Shown in pieces: positions 47,692 to 56,841 of a DNA stretch of 64,000 bases. A model generated the notes under the pieces. It was given only the letters and a program-made list of their open reading frames with translations. It did not search any database and was not told the DNA's origin. The position numbers and the translations under genes were made by a program. The stretch comes from an uncultured bacterium. GTDB lineage: Bacteria > Krumholzibacteriota > Krumholzibacteriia > LZORAL124-64-63. The first letter of the stretch is position 1, and each line of letters begins with the position of its first letter. The DNA is taken from positions 416,001-480,000 of the forward strand of contig CAVSZB010000003.1 of the NCBI GenBank assembly GCA_963732385.1. Direction: 5' to 3'.

Positions 47692-48345
47692 ATGCGCAGA
47701 CTGATTCCGTTCCTGGCCATTCTCTGCCTCGTCGCCCTGCTCGCCGGATGTGCCTCCTGGAGTAAGACCGGTCAGGGGGCCGCCATCGGCGGCGCCGCCG
47801 GCGCGGTGCTCGGCACGGCCGTCAGCAAGGACAACACGAAGGGCGCCGTCGTGGGCGGCGCGATCGGCGCGGTGGCCGGCGGCATCATCGGCAACTACCT
47901 CGACAAGCAGGCGAAGGAGCTCGAGGCGGTCAAGGGGGCGGAGGTGGAGCGCCAGGGCGACGAGCTGAAGATCACCTTCTCGGAGAAGATCCTGTTCGAC
48001 ATCAACTCGTCCACGCTCAAGAGCGCCTCGCAGTCGCAGCTCGACCAGGTGGCCGACGTGCTCAACAGGTACCCCGACACCGATATTCTGGTCATGGGTC
48101 ACACCGACGCCACCGGCACCGAGGAGTACAACCAGAAGCTGTCCGAGCGCCGCGCGACCGCGGTGACGTACTACATCGAGGGACGCGGCGTGGCCGACTC
48201 GCGCGTCCGCGCCAAGGGGTTCGGCGAGAGCGCCCCGGTGGCCGACAACGCCACCGAGGAGGGGCGCGCCCAGAACCGTCGGGTCGAGTTCTCCATCCAT
48301 GTCAACGAGGCCTTCAAGGCCGACGCGGCCAAGCAGGCGGGCTGA
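47692..48345 (+). CDS. OmpA-family lipoprotein (YiaD-like, glycine zipper)
   Basis: LLAGC lipobox, GAAIGGAAGA, LFDINSS, GHTD, NQKLSERRA, RAQNRRVE. Confidence 0.93.
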   Translation: MRRLIPFLAILCLVALLAGCASWSKTGQGAAIGGAAGAVLGTAVSKDNTKGAVVGGAIGAVAGGIIGNYLDKQAKELEAVKGAEVERQGDELKITFSEKILFDINSSTLKSASQSQLDQVADVLNRYPDTDILVMGHTDATGTEEYNQKLSERRATAVTYYIEGRGVADSRVRAKGFGESAPVADNATEEGRAQNRRVEFSIHVNEAFKADAAKQAG

Positions 48346-48489
48346 CCGGCTTTCCGGAGCGCGGCGGGGGGGCCTCTTCGGCGCTCCCGCCGCCCTGCCC
48401 GCCGCATCTTGACTTCAACCGGGCCGCGGCTTAACAGTTGGGGCCCCCGATTGCGACCGGCAACCGCCAAGCTCCCCCTAGGAGGGATC

Positions 48490-49938
48490 ATGAGTCAGTA
48501 CGATCAACTCGAACCGAAAGCCGTCTGGCAGATCTTCGGCGCCATGTCCGCCATTCCCCGCGGCTCGGGCAACGAGACCGCGGTCATGAAGATGCTCGCC
48601 GCCTGGGCGAAGGAGCGGGGCCTGGGCGTGAAGCAGGACCAGGTCGGCAACCTGCTGATCTCCATCCCGGCCACGCCGGGACACGAGAAAGCGGCTCCGG
48701 TCCTGATCCAGGGCCATGCCGACATGGTCTGCGTGAAGGACGAGGGGTCGAAGCACGACTTCATGAAGGATCCGATCCGCATGATCATCGACGGGGACTT
48801 CGTCCGGGCCGACGGCACGACCCTTGGCGCCGACAACGGCATCGGCGTGGCGCTGGGTCTTGCCGTCGCCGTCGATCCCTCCGTCGTGCACGGCCCGGTC
48901 GAGGTGCTGGTAACGGTGGACGAGGAGCGCGGTCTCACCGGCGCGGCCGGCGTCAAGCCCGGCTTCTTCACTGCCCGTAAGATGATCAACCTCGACTCCG
49001 AGGAGGACCACGCGATCTGCATCGGCTGCGCCGGCGGACGCGACACCGTTTTCAACGTTTTGCCCACGCAGGCGCGCGCGTCCAAGGACAGCACGGCCCG
49101 CAAGGTGACGGTGACCGGCCTGCTTGGCGGCCACTCCGGCGTCGAGATCCACCGCAACCGTGGCAACGCGATCAAGATCCTCGCCCGTCTGCTGCATGCC
49201 GCGCTCGATGAGATGGACGTGCGGGTGGTCGCTGTCGATGGCGGCAGCGTGCGCAACGCCATCCCGTGCGAGGCCGTGGCTACGGTCGTCATTCCCGCCG
49301 CGAAGGGGCGTATTTTCAAACAGCGCGTGGATGCCCTGGCCGCAAAGATCAAGGAGGAGCTCGAGGGGATCGACGACGGCTTCATCGTGAAGATGTCGAC
49401 CGTGAAGGCCGCCCGCTGCTTCAGCCGCGAAGCCTCGCGCAACCTGCTCAACCTGATGGCCGCCATCCCCAACGGCGTGCTCGGCATGTCGCCCACCGTG
49501 GACAAGCTCGTCGAGACAAGCAGCAACCTCGGCGTGGCCAAGACCGACGGCGCGAAGGTGCAGCTGGTCAGTTGCAGCCGCTCCTCCGTGATGTCGACCC
49601 TCGACGCTCTCGTCCTCCAGCACCGTGCCCTGGGCGAACTGGCCGGCGTCGACGTTGTCCAGCCCGAAGGTTACCCCGGCTGGAAGCCGAACCTGTCGTC
49701 CGAGTTGCTCGGCGTCGTCAGCCGCAAGTACGTCGCCACCTTCGCCAAAGAGCCCGAACTCCTCGCCATGCACGCCGGTCTCGAGTGCGGCCTCCTCACC
49801 GAAAAGTACCCGGGCCTCGACATGGTCTCCTTCGGCCCGAATCTTTTCGACGTGCATTCTCCCAAGGAGAAGGTAAGCATCTCTTCCCTCCAGAGGATCT
49901 GGAAACTGCTCAAGGGCGTGCTGGAAGACCTGTCGTAG
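48490..49938 (+). CDS. pepD: Aminoacyl-histidine dipeptidase (M20C)
   Basis: IPRGSGNE, QGHADMV, GTTLGADNGIG, DEERGLTGA, NLDSEE, GGHSG, HAGLECG. Confidence 0.94.
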   Translation: MSQYDQLEPKAVWQIFGAMSAIPRGSGNETAVMKMLAAWAKERGLGVKQDQVGNLLISIPATPGHEKAAPVLIQGHADMVCVKDEGSKHDFMKDPIRMIIDGDFVRADGTTLGADNGIGVALGLAVAVDPSVVHGPVEVLVTVDEERGLTGAAGVKPGFFTARKMINLDSEEDHAICIGCAGGRDTVFNVLPTQARASKDSTARKVTVTGLLGGHSGVEIHRNRGNAIKILARLLHAALDEMDVRVVAVDGGSVRNAIPCEAVATVVIPAAKGRIFKQRVDALAAKIKEELEGIDDGFIVKMSTVKAARCFSREASRNLLNLMAAIPNGVLGMSPTVDKLVETSSNLGVAKTDGAKVQLVSCSRSSVMSTLDALVLQHRALGELAGVDVVQPEGYPGWKPNLSSELLGVVSRKYVATFAKEPELLAMHAGLECGLLTEKYPGLDMVSFGPNLFDVHSPKEKVSISSLQRIWKLLKGVLEDLS

Positions 49939-49976
49939 ACAGGATTGCGGGCCATCGTGCCGATATCGGGATAAAG

Positions 49977-50004
49977 CGGGGCCGTTCCTGCGGGGACGGC
50001 CCCG
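49977..50004. terminator. Stem-loop after pepD
   Basis: CGGGGCCGTTCC-TGCG-GGGACGGCCCCG; no strong U-tract. Confidence 0.55.
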
Positions 50005-50042
50005 AATTCGTATCCCCCTTGACGTCCGGTCACTTCACGCTG

Positions 50043-50081
50043 ATATTACTGTTTCACGGACTGGCGGCGTTTCAGTAATAT
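50043..50081. promoter_or_regulatory. AT-rich inverted repeat, operator candidate
   Basis: ATATTACTG-N21-CAGTAATAT, downstream of a TTGACG -35-like hexamer. Confidence 0.45.
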
Positions 50082-50126
50082 TCGCCCCGTCGCCTGCGGT
50101 GCCGTTTTTCTTTCTGGAGGTAGGGT

Positions 50127-50663
50127 ATGCCCAGGACCAAGCCTGTACTCGCTTCAGACCTGAGCCTCGCCGATATCAAGCACCTGCTTGCGGCGAAGGA
50201 GAAGATGGTTGTACTCGAGGAGAAGAAGGCGAAGCTCGAAGAGGGTCTGGCTGCGGTGAACGCGCAGCTCGAAAAGCTGACCGCTTCAATCAAGCCGGGC
50301 GCGGCCAGAGCTGGCCGCAAGCCGGGTCGCAAGCCTGGCCGCAAGCCGGGTCGTCCGGCGGCGAAGAAGGCCGGGCGGCGTGTGATGAAGAAGGCGAAGA
50401 CGAAAGCGAAGGCGAAGGCGCCGGTGGGCCGGAAGGCGAAGCGAGCGCCGGCTCGCAAGGGGGGCACGCTGCAGGAAGTCGTGGCGAATCTGATCCACGA
50501 GAACGGCAAGCCGATGGCCTTCCAGGACATTCTGGCGGTCATAGCGAAGCGCAAGCTGGTCAAGACCCGCAGCAAGAACTTCGCGAACGTCCTGCGGCGC
50601 ACGATATCCGGGAGCAAGGCCTTCAATAACGTTGCTCGCGGCGTCTACGGTCTCAAGGGCTGA
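50127..50663 (+). CDS. Highly basic DNA-binding protein: coiled coil, K/R-rich linker, C-terminal winged helix (HARE-HTH-like)
   Basis: RBS GGAGG; (GRKP)3GRP repeat; TLQEVVANLIHENGKPM...F..VARGVYGLK. Confidence 0.8.
   Translation: MPRTKPVLASDLSLADIKHLLAAKEKMVVLEEKKAKLEEGLAAVNAQLEKLTASIKPGAARAGRKPGRKPGRKPGRPAAKKAGRRVMKKAKTKAKAKAPVGRKAKRAPARKGGTLQEVVANLIHENGKPMAFQDILAVIAKRKLVKTRSKNFANVLRRTISGSKAFNNVARGVYGLKG
50313..50357 (+). repeat. 12-bp coding tandem repeat (GRKP)n
   Basis: GGCCGCAAGCCG GGTCGCAAGCCT GGCCGCAAGCCG GGTCGTCCG. Confidence 0.8.
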
Positions 50664-50849
50664 TCCACGGCCTGCCGGCAGGGTCCATACGTCAGCCAGC
50701 AGTTGAACTTCGAGATTCCCTCGACTATCGAGGGGTTCGGTTCGACATCCTGTCGGACCGGTTTGGCGCTCGGGGAATCGCCCGGAATCATCCGGCGACG
50801 CTCCGCGCCTGCGATTGCCGGAGCCGCCGGCACCAGAGGTGAAGTCCGA

Positions 50850-51101
50850 ATGAAGAAGATCTACGTTGGGAACCTGCCGTCCTCCGCGACCAGTGAATCC
50901 GTAACCCAGCTGTTCGCGCAGCATGGTGCGGTGCACTCCGTGGCCCTGATCAACGACCGCGAGACCGGTCGCCCCCGCGGCTTCGGTTTCGTGGAGATGG
51001 ACGACAGCGCGGTCCCCGCCGCCATCAAGGCTCTCGATGGCCACGCGATGGACGGACGCAATCTCAGCGTGAACGAGGCCAAGGAACGGCCGGCGCGGTA
51101 G
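50850..51101 (+). CDS. RRM (RNP-1) RNA-binding protein
   Basis: KKIYVGNL (RNP2), DRETGRPRGFGFVEM (RNP1), GRNLSVNEAKER. Confidence 0.95.
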   Translation: MKKIYVGNLPSSATSESVTQLFAQHGAVHSVALINDRETGRPRGFGFVEMDDSAVPAAIKALDGHAMDGRNLSVNEAKERPAR

Positions 51102-51257
51102 AGCCGGCCGTAAGCTCCGGTCTGATCGGCTGCCGCGCAGTCTCGTCGGCAGGATTATCGCTGCCTCGCGGTTCGGCGTGGGGGCGTTGGTGGAGTTGTT
51201 CGCGGCGTGCGGGGCTCGGTACCAATCTGGCCGCACCCGCGGAAGTGGGAAAATGTG

Positions 51258-51292
51258 GGGGCCGTTCCTTCGGGGGCGGCCCCTGCTCCTTT
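51258..51292 (+). terminator. Rho-independent terminator candidate
   Basis: GGGGCCGTTCC-TTCG-GGGGCGGCCCC followed by TGCTCCTTT. Confidence 0.6.
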
Positions 51293-51442
51293 CGATCGGG
51301 AGTCACCCGCCTCGACCCGGGAGATCGCCGGTCGTCTGCTCCGACGGCGTGACGCCGCAGGCGGAGTGCCGTTTGCGACACCGGCGGGGGCGGGGCATAT
51401 TCGACGCGCGGGCACATTGCCCGCGGAAGGGCGGCGCGCGGC

Positions 51443-52393
51443 ATGGTCACGGAAGAGTCCCGCGAATTGCCGGTTACGGGGGCGACGGCGGGCCTGCGCC
51501 TCGACCGGTTCCTGGCGACTGAGCTGTCGGTCTCGCGGGAGCAGGCTCGCCGTCTGCTCGAAGACGGACGGGTGCAACTCAACGACCGCCCAATCGGCGC
51601 GGCGCACAAGGGAGAGGCGCTGGCGGCCGGCGAGGTGGTCACGGTGCGCGGATTCCGTCCGCCGGGAGAGGCGCGGGCTGTGGCGCAGCCTGAGCGTCCG
51701 CTGCGCGTGCTGGCCGAGGGGGCGGGCTGGGTCGCCGTGGACAAGCCTGCCGGCATGGCCGTGCATCCGCTGCGCGAGGACGAGCGCGACACCGCGCTCA
51801 ACGCGGTCGCGGCGCTATATCCGGCGATCCACGGCATCGGCGAGGGGGGGCTGCGCAGCGGCGTGGCGCACCGGCTCGACGTGGAGACCTCGGGCGTGCT
51901 GTTGTTCGCCACGGAGCAGACGACCTGGGAGCGGCTGCGGGCGCTGTTTGCCCGGCACAAGATGGCCAAGACCTACCGCGCGATCGTGCTGGGTGAACTC
52001 ACGCGCTCCGGTTCGATCGAGCTGGCGCTGCGGGTGGCGCGGTCGGCGCGTCCGGCGCGGGTGGAGGTAGTCGGCGAAGGCCCGGCCTCCGGCACGCGCG
52101 CCTGCGGCCTGAGCTGGCGACCGGTGGCCCCGTTGCGCGGCGCCACGCTCGTGGAGGCGCGCCCCGTGACCGGTTTTCTGCACCAGGTGCGGGTTACGTT
52201 CGCGCATCTCGGCCACCCGCTGGCTGGCGACCGGGTCTACGGGCCGGGGCCCGGCGAGGATCCCACCGGTGCGGCGCGCCACATGCTGCACGCCGCGCGC
52301 CTGGCGTGGGGCGACGTGGTGGTGGAGAGTCCGGATCCCGCAGATTTCGCGGCCCTGCTGGCCCGGCTGGCGCCGGACGCGAACGGCGGGTGA
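51443..52393 (+). CDS. RluA-family pseudouridine synthase with S4 domain (RluD-like)
   Basis: RLDRFL, VDKPAGMAVHP, HRLDVETSG, KTYRAIV, TGFLHQVRV, GHPLAGD..YG, LHAARL. Confidence 0.92.
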   Translation: MVTEESRELPVTGATAGLRLDRFLATELSVSREQARRLLEDGRVQLNDRPIGAAHKGEALAAGEVVTVRGFRPPGEARAVAQPERPLRVLAEGAGWVAVDKPAGMAVHPLREDERDTALNAVAALYPAIHGIGEGGLRSGVAHRLDVETSGVLLFATEQTTWERLRALFARHKMAKTYRAIVLGELTRSGSIELALRVARSARPARVEVVGEGPASGTRACGLSWRPVAPLRGATLVEARPVTGFLHQVRVTFAHLGHPLAGDRVYGPGPGEDPTGAARHMLHAARLAWGDVVVESPDPADFAALLARLAPDANGG

Positions 52394-52480
52394 GCCCAGG
52401 TCCGCGTTGCGGTCATCCTCTGTCACGCGATCAGCGGAAACCCCAACGGTGATATCCCCGGCGTGTGCTTGCTTCAGATA

Positions 52481-52547
52481 TTGACAACTGAGGACACAGA
52501 ATATCATCATGGTCGCAGTTGTCCTGATCTGACCTCTGTTGTCCTGA
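52481..52547 (+). promoter_or_regulatory. Promoter and 10-bp-phased direct repeats upstream of the Xis-HTH/EIIA regulator
   Basis: TTGACA at 52481 and TATCAT at 52502; TGTCCTGA/TGACCTCT/TGTCCTGA at 52520/52530/52540. Confidence 0.6.
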
Positions 52548-52559
52548 ACGGGATTGCGT

Positions 52560-53267
52560 ATGAAGCTGACGGTCGACGATGTCACCCGCCTGTTCAATGT
52601 CTCCGAGAAGACCGTGTACCGCTGGATCAAGAGCAGTGAGCTGCCGGCGTACCGGGTCAACAACCAGTACCGTTTCAATCGGGTCGATCTGCTGGAATGG
52701 GCGGCGGCGCACCGGGTGAATGTCTCGACCGGGCTGGTCGGGGAGTCGCCCGATCCCGAAGGCTCCGAACTGCCCGGCCTCGCGGAGGCGCTGGCCACCG
52801 GGGGCATCCACTATCGAGTCGGCGGTCACGACAAGGAAACGGTCCTGCGGGAGATCGTCGGCCTGCTGCAGCTCCCCGAGCGGATCGAGCGGGAGAGCCT
52901 GTTCCAGATCCTGCTGGCGCGCGAGGAGATGGGGTCGACCGGGATCGGCGACGGCATTGCGATTCCGCACGCGCGCAATCCGATCGTCATGAACATCACC
53001 CGTCCGAGCGTCACACTCTGTTTCCTGGAAGAGCCGGTCGACTTCGGGGCGCTTGACGGCCGGCGCGTGCAGGTGCTGTTCACCCTGATCACGCCGACGA
53101 TTCGCGTGCACCTTCATCTGCTGTCCCGGCTCGGCTTCGCGCTGCGGGCGGAAAGATTCCGGGCGGCGATCGTCGGGCACGCCTCGCGCGAGACCATCCT
53201 TGCGGAGGCGCGCCGCGCTGACACCGTGATCGGGGCCGAGTCGAGTGCTCCGGGGACTCCGGACTAG
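52560..53267 (+). CDS. Excisionase-type (HTH_17) DNA-binding domain fused to a PTS EIIA(Ntr/Fru) domain
   Basis: LTVDDVTRLFNVSEKTVYRWI...LPAYRVNNQYRF; REEMGSTGIGDGIAIPHAR (phospho-His), VDFGALDG. Confidence 0.9.
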   Translation: MKLTVDDVTRLFNVSEKTVYRWIKSSELPAYRVNNQYRFNRVDLLEWAAAHRVNVSTGLVGESPDPEGSELPGLAEALATGGIHYRVGGHDKETVLREIVGLLQLPERIERESLFQILLAREEMGSTGIGDGIAIPHARNPIVMNITRPSVTLCFLEEPVDFGALDGRRVQVLFTLITPTIRVHLHLLSRLGFALRAERFRAAIVGHASRETILAEARRADTVIGAESSAPGTPD

Positions 53268-53278
53268 ATCGGACGCGC

Positions 53279-55267
53279 ATGCGGCTGCTCGTCATGGCGC
53301 TGGGTCTGTTGACCGCCGGAGCGGTGGTGCCGCTGCTGTGGCCCCGCCAATCACGGTCGGGCGGCCGGTTCGGCGTGACCTGCGCCGTAACGGCGGGGCT
53401 CGTCGGTCTGGTCGGCGCGCTGCGGATCCTGCTGCGCCCCGGTGCCGTCGAGCAGGTACACCTGCCGTGGGCGGTGCCCTACGGCTCATTCTTCCTCGAA
53501 GCCGATCCGCTCTCGGTCTTCTTCCTGGTCCCGATCTTCCTGCTGACTGGACTCGCTGCCGTGTACGGAGCGGGCTATCTGAAGGTGCATGAAGGCGACC
53601 GGCCGACCGCGTCCGCCTGGGCCGCCTACAACGCGCTCACCGGAGCCATGGTGCTGGTGGTGCTCGCACGCAACGCCGTCCTTTTCCTGATGGCGTGGGA
53701 ATTGATGGCGGTGACCTCATTCCTGCTGGTGGCCCGCGACCACGAGAGCGCCGAAGTGCGCCGCGCCGGCCGGCTGTATCTCGTGGCCGGGCATCTCGGC
53801 ACCACCGCCCTGTTTTTGTTCTTCCTGCTTCTGGGCCGGGAGGCGGGATCGCTGGACTTCGACCGTCTGGCCGCGGCGGGGCTGGGCGGGTATCCCCACG
53901 CCGGCCTGCTGCTGGCTCTGGCGCTGATCGGCTTCGGCACGAAGGCGGGCCTTGTGCCGCTGCATGTCTGGTTGCCGGAGGCGCATCCGGCGGCGCCCAG
54001 CCATGTTTCGGCCGTGATGTCGGGCGTGATGATCAAAACCGGGGTGTACGGCGTCATCCGCGCGCTGACCTGGTTTGGCCCGCCGCCGGTCACGTGGGCC
54101 TGGGCGCTGATCGGCGTCGGCCTGCTCAGCGGGGTGCTCGGCGCGTTGATGGCGCTGACGCAGCGGGATCTCAAGCGCGTGCTGGCCTACAGCAGCATCG
54201 AGAATGGCGGCATCATCCTGGCCGGTCTCGGCCTGGGAGTCCTCGGGCAGGCGACGGGGGAGGCTCCGCTGATCGTCCTCGGCTATGGCGGTGCACTGTT
54301 GCATGTGCTCAATCACGCCCTTTTCAAAGGGCTGCTGTTTCTCGGGGCCGGCAGCGTGCAGTGCGGCGCGCACACGCTGGATCTCGAGCAGCTCGGCGGC
54401 CTCCAGCGCCGGATGCCGTGGTCCGGCGCCGCGTTCCTGATCGGCGCGGCGGCCATCTGCGGGCTGCCGCCGCTCAACGGTTTCGTGAGCGAGTTCACGG
54501 TCTTTCTCGGCGCGCTCCACGGCGTGCGCCTGGTCGGACCGGGCGTGGCGGCGCCGGCCTTCGCCGTGATCTGTGGACTCGGGCTGATGGGCGGGCTGGC
54601 GGCCGCCGTCTTCACCCGGGTGTTCGGCATCGGCTTCCTGGGCCGGCCGCGCAGCGCGTCGGCCGCGGGAGCCCGCGAGGCAGTGCCCGCCATGCTCTGG
54701 CCGATGGGGATCCTGGCGGCGCTCTGCCTGGGCGGCGGACTGGGAGCTCCGTGGCTGCTGGCCCTGCTCGGGCCGGTGCTGGCCCCGCTGGATGGCCTGT
54801 CACCGGGGGGTGGGGCGCGGACCTGCGCGGACCTGGCCGCCACGTTGAAATCGGTCGTGCTGGCGGGAACCGGTTTGGGTGGCGTTGCGCTGGCGCTGGT
54901 CGCGTGGCGGGGCGCGTTGTTGGCGCGGCGCGAGGTGCGTACGGGTCCCACCTGGGGATGCGGTTATGCCCAATCTTCGCCGCGCATGCAGTACACGGCC
55001 TCGTCATTTGCACAGCCGCTCGTGGAGTTCTTCTCGCTCCTGCGCCAGCGGCGGGTGATCCGGAGGCCGCAGGGCGACTTCCCGGCCGGTGCCGAACTGA
55101 CCACGGAAACGCCCGACGTCATTGCCGCCCACGGCTGGCGGCCCGCGTTCGATGGCGCGGGTCGGCTGCTGCTCAAGGTGCATCGCCTGCAGACCGGCAG
55201 CGTACACCTCTACATTCTCTACATCGCGCTCACCCTGATCGGGCTGCTGGTCTGGAGGCTGAGGTAG
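53279..55267 (+). CDS. Ehr/Hyf membrane antiporter-like subunit (HyfB/NuoL-like)
   Basis: FLMAWELM, GFGTKAGLVPLHVWLPEAHPAAPSHVSAVMSG, LAYSSIEN, NHALFK, TWGCGY. Confidence 0.9.
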   Translation: MRLLVMALGLLTAGAVVPLLWPRQSRSGGRFGVTCAVTAGLVGLVGALRILLRPGAVEQVHLPWAVPYGSFFLEADPLSVFFLVPIFLLTGLAAVYGAGYLKVHEGDRPTASAWAAYNALTGAMVLVVLARNAVLFLMAWELMAVTSFLLVARDHESAEVRRAGRLYLVAGHLGTTALFLFFLLLGREAGSLDFDRLAAAGLGGYPHAGLLLALALIGFGTKAGLVPLHVWLPEAHPAAPSHVSAVMSGVMIKTGVYGVIRALTWFGPPPVTWAWALIGVGLLSGVLGALMALTQRDLKRVLAYSSIENGGIILAGLGLGVLGQATGEAPLIVLGYGGALLHVLNHALFKGLLFLGAGSVQCGAHTLDLEQLGGLQRRMPWSGAAFLIGAAAICGLPPLNGFVSEFTVFLGALHGVRLVGPGVAAPAFAVICGLGLMGGLAAAVFTRVFGIGFLGRPRSASAAGAREAVPAMLWPMGILAALCLGGGLGAPWLLALLGPVLAPLDGLSPGGGARTCADLAATLKSVVLAGTGLGGVALALVAWRGALLARREVRTGPTWGCGYAQSSPRMQYTASSFAQPLVEFFSLLRQRRVIRRPQGDFPAGAELTTETPDVIAAHGWRPAFDGAGRLLLKVHRLQTGSVHLYILYIALTLIGLLVWRLR

Positions 55268-55268
55268 C

Positions 55269-56186
55269 ATGATGGCGACCCTGCTGCCGTTCCTGCACCC
55301 GGTCATTGCGCTGCTGGCGGCGCCGTTGCTGCCGGGCGTGATCAATCGCGTCAAGGCGTTCTATGCGGGACGGCGTGGCCCGCCGCTGCTGCAACTTTAC
55401 TACGACCTGGCCAGGCTGGCGTGCAAGGGCGCGGTCTACAGCGAGACCACCACCTGGCTGTTCAGGGCGGGACCCCTGCTTGGCGGCGCTGCGGTCGTCA
55501 TGGCGCTGTTCATCGTGCCGTGCGGCTGTCTGCCCGCGCCGGTACATTTCGCCGGCGACCTGCTGCTGTTCGCCTGGCTGCTTGGTCTGGGTCGTTTCTT
55601 CACCGTGCTCGCCGCCCTCGACACCGGCTCGAGTTTCGAAGGCATGGGCGCGAGCCGCGAGGTCTTCTTTTCCGCGCTGACCGAGCCTGTTCTGCTGGCC
55701 GGTCTGGCCGTGCTGGTCCGACTGACCGGCACCGTCTCGCTGACCGGGCTCTATGCCGGCGTGACTCCTTCACTCTGGGCCGGTTCCGCGGCCGTGATCG
55801 TGCTGGTGGCAGTGACCTTCCTGGTGGTGCTGCTGACCGAGAACGCGCGGCTGCCGGTCGATGATCCCGACACGCACCTGGAGCTGACCATGATCCACGA
55901 GGTGATGGTGCTGGATCACAGCGGGCCGGATCTGGCCCTCATCCACTATGGCGCGGCTTTGAAGCTGTGGGTGCTCGGAGCGCTGCTGGTCGGGCTGTGC
56001 GTGCCGGTGCGCACCGGCCGGCCGCTGATCGACGCCGCCGCGATGGCGGCCGGCATGGTCACCCTGGCGGCGCTCGTCGGCCTGATCGAGTCCACCATGG
56101 CGCGACTGCGCCTGTCACGGGTGCCACAGTTGCTGGTCGGTGCCGGCGCGATCTCCACCCTGGCCGTCATTTTGTCGTTGAGGTGA
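55269..56186 (+). CDS. Ehr/Hyf subunit, HyfC/HycD (NuoH-like)
   Basis: KA..AGRRGPPLLQ.YYDL, DTGSSFEGMGASRE, ENARLPVDDPDTHLELTMIHE. Confidence 0.9.
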   Translation: MMATLLPFLHPVIALLAAPLLPGVINRVKAFYAGRRGPPLLQLYYDLARLACKGAVYSETTTWLFRAGPLLGGAAVVMALFIVPCGCLPAPVHFAGDLLLFAWLLGLGRFFTVLAALDTGSSFEGMGASREVFFSALTEPVLLAGLAVLVRLTGTVSLTGLYAGVTPSLWAGSAAVIVLVAVTFLVVLLTENARLPVDDPDTHLELTMIHEVMVLDHSGPDLALIHYGAALKLWVLGALLVGLCVPVRTGRPLIDAAAMAAGMVTLAALVGLIESTMARLRLSRVPQLLVGAGAISTLAVILSLR

Positions 56187-56190
56187 ACCG

Positions 56191-56835
56191 TTGACGCACG
56201 TGGTGGACCTGATTCTCGCCCTGCTCGTGCTCTCGGGCTTCGTGTTTTTGGGATCGAGCCGCCTGCGGTTCTGCATCCGGACCCTGGCATTGCAGGGGAT
56301 CATGATCGGTCTGCTGCCGCTCTGGAGCGGATCGCACACGTTGCCGGCCCGCGCCCTGGCGCTGGCGGCGATGAGCATCGCCATCAAGGGGGCGCTGCTG
56401 CCGCGCCTGCTCGAGCGGGCCATGCAGCGGGTGAACGTGCGGCGTGAGGTGGAGCCGTTCATCGGTTACAACGCCTCCCTGTTCGTGGGCATCGTCTGCC
56501 TCGGGATTTCTTTCTGGATCGCCGCAAGGCTGCCGTTGCCCGAGTCGTCCGGGTCGTCACTGGCGGTAATGGCGGCCTTCTTCACGATGTTCAGCGGCCT
56601 GTTCGTCATCATCAGCCGGCGCCAGGCCCTGACGCAGGTGCTTGGCTATCTCGTGATGGAGAACGGGATCTACGTTTTCGGCGTGGCGCTGGCCCTCGAC
56701 ACGCCGGCGCTCGTGGAGTTCGGGGTGCTGCTGGACGTGTTCGTGGCGGTATTCGTGATGGGGATCATGATCTTCCAGATCAGCCGGACGTTCGAGCACA
56801 TCGACACCGACAAGCTGTCGGCGCTCAAGGAATGA
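56191..56835 (+). CDS. Ehr/Hyf subunit, HyfE-like
   Basis: QVLGYLVMENGI, VEFGVLLDVFV, C-terminal IDT.KL..LKE. Confidence 0.88.
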   Translation: MTHVVDLILALLVLSGFVFLGSSRLRFCIRTLALQGIMIGLLPLWSGSHTLPARALALAAMSIAIKGALLPRLLERAMQRVNVRREVEPFIGYNASLFVGIVCLGISFWIAARLPLPESSGSSLAVMAAFFTMFSGLFVIISRRQALTQVLGYLVMENGIYVFGVALALDTPALVEFGVLLDVFVAVFVMGIMIFQISRTFEHIDTDKLSALKE

Positions 56836-56841
56836 GCTGAC

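Noticed and set aside
51181..51224. tRNA-like start GGGGCGTTGGTGGAGTTG...ACCA
   Set aside because: Too short, with no T-loop (GTTCRA) and no cloverleaf
52560..52730. Excisionase suggesting a prophage or ICE
   Set aside because: It is an HTH_17 domain fused to EIIA; no integrase, att site or phage genes in the window
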